Source: a virus. Taken from it: a DNA stretch of 64,000 bases. Below, one piece after another: positions 41,777 to 52,403 of the stretch. Both the position numbers and the translations under genes were made by a program. The stretch lies in IMG/VR virus record IMGVR_UViG_3300021142_000004. The stretch is one strand, 5' to 3'. The stretch's first letter is position 1; the number at the start of each line of letters is the position of its first letter. The notes under the pieces were generated by a model, which saw nothing but the letters and a program-made list of their open reading frames with translations, was not told the DNA's origin and made no database searches.

Positions 41777-42241
41777 TTAGATATTTAAATCCAATAATAA
41801 TGTATCTAATGTATTATACAATGGGATGTTATAAAACCAACAAAATATTTCAACGTTTCCTTTTCTACAATACCCATCAGGACAAACAACATAAATTTTA
41901 CCAGAATCTTTATGTGCACCCAATTCCATCATAGAAATTATTGATTTTGTATTTGGGTCAAAATACATAACAATCATATCTGCTTGTTCTAGGGCATTTA
42001 ACTCCCAAGTTACTTGTTGGAAAAACTGTGGATTACTAAATTTTTGTTCCCACGTTGAATCCCACGTTGAACGTCTAGGATTGAACACATCAAATCCATT
42101 ATCATGAAATGTTTTCTCTAATGGTGTCTGCCAATCTTCACATAAATCACCATTTTCACCCATAATTGAACCCGCTAAAAAAACAGATTTTCTGTTTCTA
42201 TCTCTTAATGCGATATTTTCTGGTGCTCGGTATATTGCCAT
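41777..42241 (-). CDS. nucleoside 2-deoxyribosyltransferase-like protein
   Basis: VFLAGSI, WQ, NPRR, QV.WE..AL..AD, IS..ELG. Confidence 0.88.
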   Translation of the reverse strand: MAIYRAPENIALRDRNRKSVFLAGSIMGENGDLCEDWQTPLEKTFHDNGFDVFNPRRSTWDSTWEQKFSNPQFFQQVTWELNALEQADMIVMYFDPNTKSIISMMELGAHKDSGKIYVVCPDGYCRKGNVEIFCWFYNIPLYNTLDTLLLDLNI

Positions 42242-42245
42242 ATTA

Positions 42246-42851
42246 TTAATTTTTTTCTAAACTGTTAGGATAGTACAAAATCGAGGGGTTCTTTTTTTGA
42301 ACATCGACCCCATGATATTGTTTACTAAAATTCAACATATCAAATTTCTTTGTTATTAAATGATAACCATTCTTAGTTGGAACAATATGTTCAACCTTAT
42401 CACCTTCTGGTTTTAATTTACTTAAATCCAATATTAATTTATTAATATATTCATCATCCTTGGTGTCTATATCAACAATCCATCTCTTTTCATGAGTTTT
42501 TAATTGTCCTACAACACTATCAAAAATGTTTTTTTGATTATATGAATTGGATTTAATTCTTTCAACCAATTCACCCATCAGGTTTAATGAAACATCTCTA
42601 TGATTTTGTTTTTGAACATGGATATATGCCCTTGCTTTAAAAACCTCACATAGAAGTTTAATTTCTTCATATCTTTGATCCAAATAATCAATACTTTCGA
42701 TACAATAAGTTTTTATTGTTCGTACTGATTGATGATTACTTCTTTCTTCTTCTGGTTGATCTTTTTTTCTGCGTAAAATGAGTAGATAATAAAAATCTCC
42801 AGGATTTTCAAAATTCAGTAAATTCTTTATTATGTTTATATTGTCTATCAT
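42246..42851 (-). CDS. AEP (primase-polymerase)-like phage protein
   Basis: WIVDID and TKNGYH motifs. Confidence 0.55.
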   Translation of the reverse strand: MIDNINIIKNLLNFENPGDFYYLLILRRKKDQPEEERSNHQSVRTIKTYCIESIDYLDQRYEEIKLLCEVFKARAYIHVQKQNHRDVSLNLMGELVERIKSNSYNQKNIFDSVVGQLKTHEKRWIVDIDTKDDEYINKLILDLSKLKPEGDKVEHIVPTKNGYHLITKKFDMLNFSKQYHGVDVQKKNPSILYYPNSLEKN

Positions 42852-43135
42852 ATTGCAAATATAGGTGAATTATATGGAATAAAAAAATCCCCGAAGGGAT
42901 TTCTTTATGATTTTTTTTCTACTCTTGAAATTAAACGGAATCTTCGACCTTTATAATTAAAAAAAGTTTGGTCTCCTGCGTTCTCATTGGTACTCCACGT
43001 TTCTATGAAACCTTCTTTTCCTTCTAATGGTTTTGTAACCGCCTTTTTTTCTGTGAATTTAATGTAACCTTTTATCTCTCTTTCCATATAATGAATTTTA
43101 TCAAATATAGTAAAAAGATATTATAAAAAAAAATG

Positions 43136-43606
43136 TTATAGTCCCAATTTTTTTAATTGTTTAATAGTATCTTCTGTTGAGGTATGTAATATTCCAATAC
43201 CACCTGATTCATTCCAATCATTGATATTACTTTCCCTATCATCAATTAATATTGATTCAGGGTTTGCAAATTCTTTTTTTCTACCAGCACTTCTTAATAT
43301 TAAATGGACACCTGGTAGTTCTCTTTGTGCCCATAATTTCTTTCCAACAATTGAACTATGATCTCTTGTTGGTGCTGATAAAAGTTTTGGATTACATTTT
43401 TTAACATAATTCCATAGTTCTTTTCCATCAGGAGTCCATTCAAGATTTTCCCAATATTTTACACCTGCTTTAGTTATCGGTGCAAAGAATTCTGGACTAC
43501 TATAATGATTATCACCAATATCAATACCGGTTAAATCATAATAACCTTTATTGAAGTCAACAAGAACTCCGTCAAGGTCAACAAATAAATTATAATTTTT
43601 TTCCAT
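43136..43606 (-). CDS. HAD-family 5'(3')-nucleotidase
   Basis: FVDLDGVLVDF, GK..W, LIDD. Confidence 0.88.
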   Translation of the reverse strand: MEKNYNLFVDLDGVLVDFNKGYYDLTGIDIGDNHYSSPEFFAPITKAGVKYWENLEWTPDGKELWNYVKKCNPKLLSAPTRDHSSIVGKKLWAQRELPGVHLILRSAGRKKEFANPESILIDDRESNINDWNESGGIGILHTSTEDTIKQLKKLGL

Positions 43607-43689
43607 GATGCAAATATAATGGAAAAAGTTTAATAAAACAAAAAACCCACATAAAAATATGTGGGTTTACATTTTGGTTTTTATAGTGA

Positions 43690-43953
43690 TTATTCTGCCG
43701 CTTGTCTTACTTGATTCATTCCGAAATCTTGTTTCGTTTTCTTATCTATCATTTCCAATGAACCATCATCGTTTATTTTACACAAATATAAAATATTTGG
43801 ATCTTCTTTTGATTGGAATACACCTAATTTAATAACATTAGGTTTATCATTCATTTTAACGACTTTACCACCATTAAACTCATCTTGTTGTTCAAGAATA
43901 TTCATGGCAATTTGTGTAACATCTGATTGTTTTAATTTTATAACTTTTTTCAT
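43690..43953 (-). CDS. late-class hypothetical protein
   Basis: KKVIKL.QSD N-terminus; TATTTAT upstream. Confidence 0.7.
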   Translation of the reverse strand: MKKVIKLKQSDVTQIAMNILEQQDEFNGGKVVKMNDKPNVIKLGVFQSKEDPNILYLCKINDDGSLEMIDKKTKQDFGMNQVRQAAE

Positions 43954-44114
43954 TTATTCTTTTTATATAAATATCTTGGATTATGTCTTTTTCTTATGAA
44001 AACCTTTTTTTTGATTCATCTTACGGGTTTTCTTACCTATTTGAATTCTATTCTCTTTTTTTATTTCCCTTTTTGTCATATTATTAAATATTTTAAAAAA
44101 GGGAAAAAGAATTA

Positions 44115-44779
44115 TTATCCAACGACATTTTTCATATCATCACTATGATGGTCAAATAAAAGATCAGATTTTATTTCTCTTTTATCCATTAAGGGAATAA
44201 TTTCTGTTTTTAAATTGTAAGGTCTGAATTCTGGATGACCATCCATACCAACATCCATTTTTTTACCTTTACCAAATTTCAAATGATTTGGTAAATGTAC
44301 ATGTCCATGAAGATGAATATGACCTTTATTTAAACCATCCCATGAACTAATTGGGTAATGCATAACTTTGAAGTTACGACCACAGTATTGAAAAACTTTA
44401 TAATGAGATGTTGAAAGAAATAAATCTCCACAATTTTCCCTATTATTTTCAATATGATGGTCATGATTACCATAAATCAAATGAATATTTTTACAATTTA
44501 ATCTCCTATGAAATTCAAAGATTTGTTCAATCCCACCAAATGACCAGTCTCCCAAACAGATTAAAATATCATCCTGACCTGCAACATTATTAATATTATT
44601 AACAATCGCATTATTCATTTCATCGAGATTTTGAAAATCCCTTGTTTGTTCTATTGGTATTTTTCCATCTTCAGTTCTCCAATTGGTTACACCACGACAT
44701 ATATTTTTATGTGAAAAGTGTGTTAAGTGTCCGAGGTAATCCAAACATTGGAATCCTCGGACAAAATAATTTTATTCAT
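44115..44779 (-). CDS. calcineurin-like metallophosphoesterase with a 5-nt coding gap
   Basis: MNK...WITSDT* then, in another frame, HFSH.NI...LGD...GNHD...HYP...HGHVH...DVG.D. Confidence 0.85.
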
Positions 44780-44817
44780 TAATTTAATTTTATTTATACA
44801 AATATAAGTTATTATTT

Positions 44818-45081
44818 TTAATTTTCAAAATAATTTTTTATATAATTTTTTTTGTCATACCTTTCACCATTTTGATATGAAATGATTAAACAAAGACATT
44901 TTTCTTGTTCATAATAATCAATATCCCATTTTTTTATTCTTTCAAATAAATCATTTAATATAATTATACTATCATTATTTTTTCTACTTTTTTTAATATT
45001 TTCACTATGAGTTATTAATTGACAATTAGTAGGGTGTCTTACAATTTCCGGAAACACTTTTTCTGAAAATCCTATTTTGTG
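44818..45081 (-). pseudogene. C-terminal relic of an HNH endonuclease
   Basis: GF..KVFPEI.RHP.NCQ.ITHSEN..K with no N-terminus. Confidence 0.6.
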
Positions 45082-45743
45082 TTATATAATTGTTCTTTTG
45101 GTTTCTTCACTTCCTCAATGATTTTACCCATTACATCGAAAGGTATTGGTAACAACATTGGTGAAGTTTCCTCATCATCAGCCAACCAAGCTTGGATATT
45201 TTTTGGATCATTAAATTCTCTAGACACAGCGAATTTATCATTTGTTTTCTTACTTAAAATGAAGAAAATTCTATGACTATCTTGATAACGTTTGTAATGT
45301 GATTCTTGTGTTACACACCATTTGGTATTTGCACCATATGATTTAGATGCTTCATAACTCAATGGTGTTAAAACTAACCAATCCTCAGTTTCATAAAGTT
45401 TTGCAACTTCTTTCTCAAGACGCTTCAATTTAACTGCTTCGTCAGCTTTCTTAACTGCGATATCCAAATCCTCAAAAGACTTGTATTGAGTGATATCAAG
45501 TTTTTCCAAACGTTTTGCTTTGGAATGTTCTTCAAACAAACTAAGACATTCGGATTCTTTTTTTGTTAAGAAGTGAGAAGCTAACTCTCTTTTAACTTCA
45601 TCAATATTGACTTCTTTTTTAATTGACTTAATAATGAAGTCGGTGTACTTGTAAGTACTTGTTGGGTCTAAACTGACAATGATGTCTAAAAAAGAGACAT
45701 TTAAATCTGGATGTTGTTTACGAAGTTCATCAATACGTGCCAT
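45072..45743 (-). CDS. paralog family C protein
   Basis: PLSYEAS..YGANTKWC.T. Confidence 0.8.
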   Translation of the reverse strand: MARIDELRKQHPDLNVSFLDIIVSLDPTSTYKYTDFIIKSIKKEVNIDEVKRELASHFLTKKESECLSLFEEHSKAKRLEKLDITQYKSFEDLDIAVKKADEAVKLKRLEKEVAKLYETEDWLVLTPLSYEASKSYGANTKWCVTQESHYKRYQDSHRIFFILSKKTNDKFAVSREFNDPKNIQAWLADDEETSPMLLPIPFDVMGKIIEEVKKPKEQLYNTK

Positions 45744-45831
45744 AATTAATATTTTTTTTCTTACGAGAGCAAATATAGGAGGAAATATTTAAATGGCAAA
45801 AAAAAATCCTGATTTCTCAGGATTAATTTTT

Positions 45832-47415
45832 TTATTTGTACATTATTTCTTTTATGACATTTTTAATTATTTGATTTATCTGATGTTCATAAAGTTCATT
45901 TCCACCTTCAATTGGTACACTAACTTTCATTAACATGTCACTAAGATCAATTGATTTAATATCATTTGAAAGATCCTCTAACATCGCAATTAATGCGAAT
46001 CTAACTTCTGGTACTTCTGTTATTAATCTTGGTCTTTCTATTATATCATTTTCACGTCTAAACTTACCGATTGCAAAAGTATCTTTATTTAATGGTACTT
46101 TTTCAGTTCTATTAAATGATTTATCATTTAAATATTGACCAATACGAGGGTCTTCTTTTAGTTTTTGACCATATTTAACAATAAACTCAGATCTTAATTC
46201 AAGATAATAATCATTAGAACCATTTTCTAAATCAGTATAAACTTTTACAATTTCTTCTTTTATTTGATCTTCACTTTTTTGAACATTATTTAAATTAATA
46301 TCACTATTAGTTCCATAACATAAATCACCAGTATTATTATTTTTAATTCTCCCAACAATTGTTAATCTATCAAAAATACTCATAGTAACATTATCGGGAA
46401 CTCTACCTAAATAATTTAATCCATAATATGGTGTGAAACCTTTTTGAGTTTTTTCATTAAATTTACGTCTAATATTTTCCATACTAGTTTGGTCAATACC
46501 CCAATTGTTATAAATTTTGTTATGTTGTCTCGCAGTGTGTATTGTTTTTAAATTTTCAACATCAATACCTGACATTTTTTTAACCAATGTATCTAAATAT
46601 TGTGAAACACCCTCTGGTATATTTTGAACATCAGGATCAAGTGGTATCATATTACCATCGGCATCCATATCTTCTGTTGGTGTACCAAACACTAAATAAC
46701 CATGAGACTGTAAATGGAGATTAAAATTAGTCATTTTACCTTCATGTCTATTTAAAAACTCCCTTTTTACATTAATTTCAGGTAACATTAAATCTTTATA
46801 TACTTTTACCATAGGTGATCTTTCTGCAATTGCATCTCTCACGATTGAATAAAGATTCAATTTGTTCATTTTTGACTCAGATGCGGGTGTTTCAAATTTT
46901 GTTTCGGTATTGATAACCGCACCTTTACCCCCATGAAATATAGGATTTAAAACAATTGCCTTTTTTCTAGGATGGAACTTCGGTAAAGATCCTGATGTCC
47001 AAGTTAAATCCATACCATATTTTTCTTTAAGTTCCTCAAACACTTCTGGGTATTTATTAATCCATTCATCGACAGTAGGTCCATCAGCAGGATCAACATA
47101 AATTACCGGTACTTCTCTTTCTTCTACTCGGTCATATATTGTACGACCAACATATGTCCCACCTTTATAAATTGGAGTATTTGTTTCTATTTTTCTACCT
47201 GTTACATTAACTCTTTTTTTTAAATCATTACCGGAGTCTGCCTTTGTTATTTCATCACTATCTTTCCAATTTGTAGCTGGTGCATTTCTTGTTGGTTTAT
47301 AAGATGAAAGTCTAGGATCATTAACTTCTGAATCATCATAAAAGTCATCATTTTCATCATTTTCATCTTCTTCATTTATTATCCTTAATAAATCTTTTTT
47401 AAGTATTTCTTTCAT
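45832..47415 (-). CDS. late-class large hypothetical (possible internal virion) protein
   Basis: L.RIINEE N-terminus, I..IIK.VIKE C-terminus, TATTTAT upstream. Confidence 0.7.
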   Translation of the reverse strand: MKEILKKDLLRIINEEDENDENDDFYDDSEVNDPRLSSYKPTRNAPATNWKDSDEITKADSGNDLKKRVNVTGRKIETNTPIYKGGTYVGRTIYDRVEEREVPVIYVDPADGPTVDEWINKYPEVFEELKEKYGMDLTWTSGSLPKFHPRKKAIVLNPIFHGGKGAVINTETKFETPASESKMNKLNLYSIVRDAIAERSPMVKVYKDLMLPEINVKREFLNRHEGKMTNFNLHLQSHGYLVFGTPTEDMDADGNMIPLDPDVQNIPEGVSQYLDTLVKKMSGIDVENLKTIHTARQHNKIYNNWGIDQTSMENIRRKFNEKTQKGFTPYYGLNYLGRVPDNVTMSIFDRLTIVGRIKNNNTGDLCYGTNSDINLNNVQKSEDQIKEEIVKVYTDLENGSNDYYLELRSEFIVKYGQKLKEDPRIGQYLNDKSFNRTEKVPLNKDTFAIGKFRRENDIIERPRLITEVPEVRFALIAMLEDLSNDIKSIDLSDMLMKVSVPIEGGNELYEHQINQIIKNVIKEIMYK

Positions 47416-47445
47416 TTTTTTTATTTATATATAAATAGTTTATTT

Positions 47446-48897
47446 TTAAACGTTTGTTTTATTCTGATTAATAATTTGTTTAGATATATTATTCACCCTA
47501 CTTGCAACTTTACTAATTTCAGTTTCATAATTAGTTTCAGCAGCATATCTTTGATTATCTTTATTAACGAAATTCTTAAATAAATCACTCGCAGTTTTAC
47601 CCTTTCCAATGTAATTTTTTGCAATTAATAAATAATATTCATTTATTGCTTGTTGAATAGATGCAAATTCTTTAGTTCCTGTTTCCGTATTACCAACATC
47701 AAAAGGATTCTTTGTTCTAATTGGTTTTGCATTAGGATCTTTACTTAAACCACCTTCAACAGTTAATTGTGATAATGCCAATTCAGGTGGAACATATTTG
47801 TGATATTCATAGTATGCTTGTTTTGCACCATATGCCAACATATCACCACTAATTCCAGCGTTTGGATTAACTGAATTAAGATATGTCTGACAAATTTGAG
47901 AATATTGGTCATATCCTTCTTTTGTTGTCAAATCCAAATCGGTTAAATTATCTCCACCTCCAGTTTTAACCACATCAATATACTTACTTAATTCATCAGG
48001 TGTAACACCCTTTTCTCTTAATTTTTCAATTAAAACCTTTACCATTGCTGGTGTGATGACAGATTTTGTTATATTAATCATGGAATCTAATTTGAAACCA
48101 CTTTTATCAATATAATCCAATGGATCAACTAATTGACCATCTTTCTTTAATTCAAAATGTAAATGTGCACTGGTTGAATTACCAGCACCTTTATCTCCTT
48201 TATTACCACCACTTATACCAATAAGATCACCTTGTGATACAGTTTGTCCTGGTGTAACATTAATTTCTTTTAAATGACAATATCTACTTTGGAAATGGTC
48301 ATCATGTTTTATTGTTACAGTACCACCACATGCAGTATTTGAAAATTCAGCATTTATGACAGTACCATTTGCTGGTGATTGTACTTTTGTTCCTGACATT
48401 GCTCTCAAATCAACACCAGGATGACTTGATTCATGGTTATTTGATACACCAAATGGTTGTGTAACCATTGTTGTTGGTAAAGGGGAATCTAATGTACTTT
48501 CACTTAAAGTATCAGAAATATTATTGTCTTTCTTAAATTTATTAACAGCAGTTGCGGTTTCGGGTCCAAATAAACCATCAACACCATATTGTGGTAGAGG
48601 ATAACCAAGAAGTATTAGTGCTATTTGTATTGTTTCAACTTCTTTCTGATACTCCATTGTACCTAATTTCTGTTGGTAAATATTGGAATCAATACTTTCT
48701 AAAGTATTATAAAAATCACCAACATCATTGGAAACATAATCCGCTTTCTTCGGATCGTCAAATTTTCTTGTTTGGTCACTTACATAATCCCCAAAATGTA
48801 AAATCTTATCCAAGAAACCATTTTCAGATAAGATTTTCTCACCATAGGTTAAGGTATGAATTCTCTCCAATTCCTCTTTTAAAGTCATTTTCCTCAT
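47446..48897 (-). CDS. peptidoglycan hydrolase: PG-binding + M23 peptidase + lysozyme-like domain
   Basis: Q.AL..LGY...GVDG.FGPET..AV..F; HPGVD, Y.HL, STSAHLHFE; LA..Q..VEG. Confidence 0.9.
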   Translation of the reverse strand: MRKMTLKEELERIHTLTYGEKILSENGFLDKILHFGDYVSDQTRKFDDPKKADYVSNDVGDFYNTLESIDSNIYQQKLGTMEYQKEVETIQIALILLGYPLPQYGVDGLFGPETATAVNKFKKDNNISDTLSESTLDSPLPTTMVTQPFGVSNNHESSHPGVDLRAMSGTKVQSPANGTVINAEFSNTACGGTVTIKHDDHFQSRYCHLKEINVTPGQTVSQGDLIGISGGNKGDKGAGNSTSAHLHFELKKDGQLVDPLDYIDKSGFKLDSMINITKSVITPAMVKVLIEKLREKGVTPDELSKYIDVVKTGGGDNLTDLDLTTKEGYDQYSQICQTYLNSVNPNAGISGDMLAYGAKQAYYEYHKYVPPELALSQLTVEGGLSKDPNAKPIRTKNPFDVGNTETGTKEFASIQQAINEYYLLIAKNYIGKGKTASDLFKNFVNKDNQRYAAETNYETEISKVASRVNNISKQIINQNKTNV

Positions 48898-48924
48898 AAT
48901 ATATAAATATAAGGAAATCCTAGT

Positions 48925-49425
48925 TTATTTTATAGTTTTATTTATTAAATTAAGGATTTTATTCTTATGATTGGTTTGTTTTAATCCTTCTGTATCTTTG
49001 CAGATAATAAAATTACCATTTTTTAAATATACTGATAATGGTAAATCATCCAGTATTACATAATCAGTAATATTATGTTCTTTTATGTATAAATCAATTT
49101 CGTTAGCACGATCTTTTTCCAAATCTCCAAAAGAGATTGGATGGTTACCAGTAACATCTACTGGTGATTGAATAACCTTGTTCCACTTAAATATTTTATC
49201 CAATTCTTCTAAAGTCCAATGATGTCTCCAATCTGAAGATAACACAATCTGACATTCAGTTTCTTGAAGTATTTCATTTAATATTTTAACACACTTCTTA
49301 TTAAAATGATAAGGTATCCTCATTTCTTTTGCATCAGGATTCTTTAACCAAAATTTTCTTTGGCTTTGCATCATTTCATAATGAGTTGTTATAACTCCGT
49401 CAATATCAAGAAATATTGTTGTCAT
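48925..49425 (-). CDS. HAD domain protein (Swiss-Army-Knife RNA-repair type)
   Basis: IFLDIDGV, IVLSSDWR, R..EI, YVILDD. Confidence 0.85.
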   Translation of the reverse strand: MTTIFLDIDGVITTHYEMMQSQRKFWLKNPDAKEMRIPYHFNKKCVKILNEILQETECQIVLSSDWRHHWTLEELDKIFKWNKVIQSPVDVTGNHPISFGDLEKDRANEIDLYIKEHNITDYVILDDLPLSVYLKNGNFIICKDTEGLKQTNHKNKILNLINKTIK

Positions 49426-49739
49426 TATTCATTTTTTTCTTTAACGCTTCAATAAGTTTACTTGAGGCATATTCTTTACCATACCTAACTTGTCCTATTT
49501 TTTTCCACTTTTCCAATTCTTCCGGTGTCATATCATGACTTATTTTATATACCTTACCATCAGAACCATCCAATGATAAATGGAAATTTTTCATTGTTGA
49601 TATATAAGGAATATTATAATGTATTCCCAATTCACCATCAACTATTTCTTGATAACCAAACCATTTAACTTCACCAAAATTTATACTACCATACTTCGTA
49701 AAATGTACATATTTTGAACCGGGTGTAAATCCTAAATCA

Positions 49740-49841
49740 TTATTCATTTTTTTTTAATTTATTTAATCTTTTTGTTTCTAACATTTTTTTTATTGACTCT
49801 TCCGATGGTTTTATACCTAAATGTGATTCTCTAAGTTTTTT
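49740..49841 (-). pseudogene. C-terminal NUMOD3-like relic of a homing endonuclease
   Basis: Start-less frame KLRESHLGIKPSEESIKKMLETKR..*. Confidence 0.6.
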
Positions 49842-50447
49842 TTTAATTTAAAAAATCCTCACCATTATAATCAGGATGATTTTCTTTCATGTGATCAATT
49901 CCTTTACCCCAAAAATATCCAATTAAACCAGCAATTGTACATGAAATTATAATACTAATTATTATTGTCATACTTTTTCTTTTTAAAAAGGTCTTTTAAT
50001 TTTTTTTCTTTTACTATAACATTTCCACTTTCATCTAATAATGGTGCTTCCCATAAAAAATATAGAAGAAGAATCATCATTATAATGTAAAATAAAAATA
50101 AATAATCTATCATTGTATAAAATATTTTGACTTCCAAAACTGGAACCATTTTCTTTTTATTACTGGTTTACATTGAGAAAATGGGTTTTCTCCGAAAGAT
50201 ACTTTATTTAAATACTTTGAGGTTAATACATTTAAGAATACTTCATGATATTCTTTTGGAATATCACAAAAATCACCTGTTATCTCTATTTTAAGGTCAA
50301 TAGGACCACTTTCAGTATATACTGTAAATACTTCATGTAATTTAACCACAGTACTTGTTTTTAAATTAACATAGTGATTACCTAAATTGTACGATGTTTT
50401 ATTTTCCATTATGCAAATATAATGTAATGAGTTTGATTAAAAAAATA

Positions 50448-52328
50448 TTAGATAAAAAATTGTTCTCCAAGCCATACCCTGTTAAATTCGATATCTGTTC
50501 GTGGTGGTGGTATTTCAGATTTAACTTCAATACCATTAATCTTTGCCCTAACTTTCTTTTTTGACAATGAATTTAACATACCATACCTTGCATATTTATT
50601 GGTCTTATCACATAATAATTCCAATGCAATTTTAAAATATTCTGGTGGATCTGCATTACAGAAATGTCTTGATTGTACTCTCATTCCTGTTTGTGTTAAA
50701 AATTCAGAAGTTACTCTATCTGATTTATCTTCAGTTCTTAATGAAATGATAATAGAACTTTGTCTATCTGCATAAGTACCAACACAATGATGCATAAATG
50801 CACCTTCTTCCGCATACTCTTCTTCTCTTTTAAGTATGTGAGGATATAGGGTTATTTTTTCCTTATCTTTAAGAACCTCAATTGGTGTTTCAACATCCTC
50901 TACCATCTTTTCATTAAATTCATATTCTATCACCCAACCCTTTCTTATTTCCAACATCATCTTAGATAATTCAAGATGTTCAGTATTGAAATCAGAATAT
51001 GTCTTAGATCTAATAATAAATTCCGGAATATAATCTCTTATTTTTCTAATCATCATAAGATGATCAATATATTCACCTATAAATGCATCTACATTGTTTA
51101 TATTTTCAATTGAATTTAATATATGTATAAGATTTTCTTTTTCTTTGTCTTCCAATATTAAGTTATTATTATTATTTATTTCACGATAAAATGATTTATT
51201 ATGTAGTTCTTTTTGTTTTCCACTATTTCTTTCTTTTTTATTTTCTAATTTAAACAGTTCTAACCTTAAATTAGCAATATACTTTGAATAATCATTACCA
51301 ATTAAACTACATACAAGAATAAAAAAACTAATATCAATATTAGGTACTAAATGAAATAATTTAATTGTTGATTTGGATTTATATCCAAAATAATCTAAAA
51401 TACTAGCAATTAATTTATTTTCATTCTTTTTTAAGAATTTCTGTGTTGGGTAAAAATTAATTAAAAGGTCTTTATAATCATTAGGTACTTTAATACCTTT
51501 ACGTTCAACAAACTTTTTTATAAATGAATCAAAAAAGTTGTGTCTATCGGTAACATCAGTTCTTGTAATTCCTAATTCACGACATACCACATCATAAAAT
51601 TCTTCATCATTAAAGATATTATCAAAATCTTTAGTTAATTCATCATAATGTGATGGGATTAAATTTGTTTTCTTACCAAATAGTCCATAATTTGTTGTGA
51701 TAATTTGTTGAAATGTTTTAAATGAATTTTTTCTAAAAATTTTTTTATTTGAATTTGAAGTTTTTTTTATAGAAAGAGTGATAAAATTAAAATTTTTATC
51801 AATTGTTACTGAATGGACAGATGTTACTTTGCGATAAAATCTACAAAAAATATCTCTCTTTTTTTCTTGTCTATATATTTTAATAGTAATTCTATCACCT
51901 TTAATACGAATAGATCTACTCAATCTAATTAAATTAACCTCGGAAAATGGGTTAATGAAATGTTTTTTTATGGTTTCTTCCTTATTTGTATATAAACTAT
52001 TTGTATTGACACTAGGATGTTTATATGCAAAGTTTATCTGAATTTTTTCACCAAGATTTTCAACCCCACTATAAAAGAATTTGGTATCCTTCTTTGGTTC
52101 TCTATGAGTTAAAATAACAAATTTACCAATTTTATTTTCACTATTTATAAATCTGATATTACTATGTAAAGTTTTATTACCAAAAAAATCTTCATCATCA
52201 ATTTCATCAATTTCATCAATTTCACCCACAAAAGTATTCATTGATTTACGTCTTTCACTTAAATCACTATAATTCTTAAATGGTGTAATAACCGCATAAT
52301 CAAAAATCTGTTCTAATAGTGTCTCCAT
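50448..52328 (-). CDS. PcfJ-like domain protein
   Basis: C-terminal EEG..MHHCVGTY...I.SLR. Confidence 0.75.
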   Translation of the reverse strand: METLLEQIFDYAVITPFKNYSDLSERRKSMNTFVGEIDEIDEIDDEDFFGNKTLHSNIRFINSENKIGKFVILTHREPKKDTKFFYSGVENLGEKIQINFAYKHPSVNTNSLYTNKEETIKKHFINPFSEVNLIRLSRSIRIKGDRITIKIYRQEKKRDIFCRFYRKVTSVHSVTIDKNFNFITLSIKKTSNSNKKIFRKNSFKTFQQIITTNYGLFGKKTNLIPSHYDELTKDFDNIFNDEEFYDVVCRELGITRTDVTDRHNFFDSFIKKFVERKGIKVPNDYKDLLINFYPTQKFLKKNENKLIASILDYFGYKSKSTIKLFHLVPNIDISFFILVCSLIGNDYSKYIANLRLELFKLENKKERNSGKQKELHNKSFYREINNNNNLILEDKEKENLIHILNSIENINNVDAFIGEYIDHLMMIRKIRDYIPEFIIRSKTYSDFNTEHLELSKMMLEIRKGWVIEYEFNEKMVEDVETPIEVLKDKEKITLYPHILKREEEYAEEGAFMHHCVGTYADRQSSIIISLRTEDKSDRVTSEFLTQTGMRVQSRHFCNADPPEYFKIALELLCDKTNKYARYGMLNSLSKKKVRAKINGIEVKSEIPPPRTDIEFNRVWLGEQFFI

Positions 52329-52403
52329 TGAGTAAAATTTATTTATAGCAAATATATGTTTAAAAAATATAATCACCAAATATTTATTGAAAAAATAATA
52401 ACT

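Noticed and set aside
44721-44728. 5-nt gap as a group I intron remnant or transposon footprint
   Set aside because: The insert has no terminal G, no intron core, and no target duplication whose removal restores the frame. A random insertion or assembly error is not excluded.
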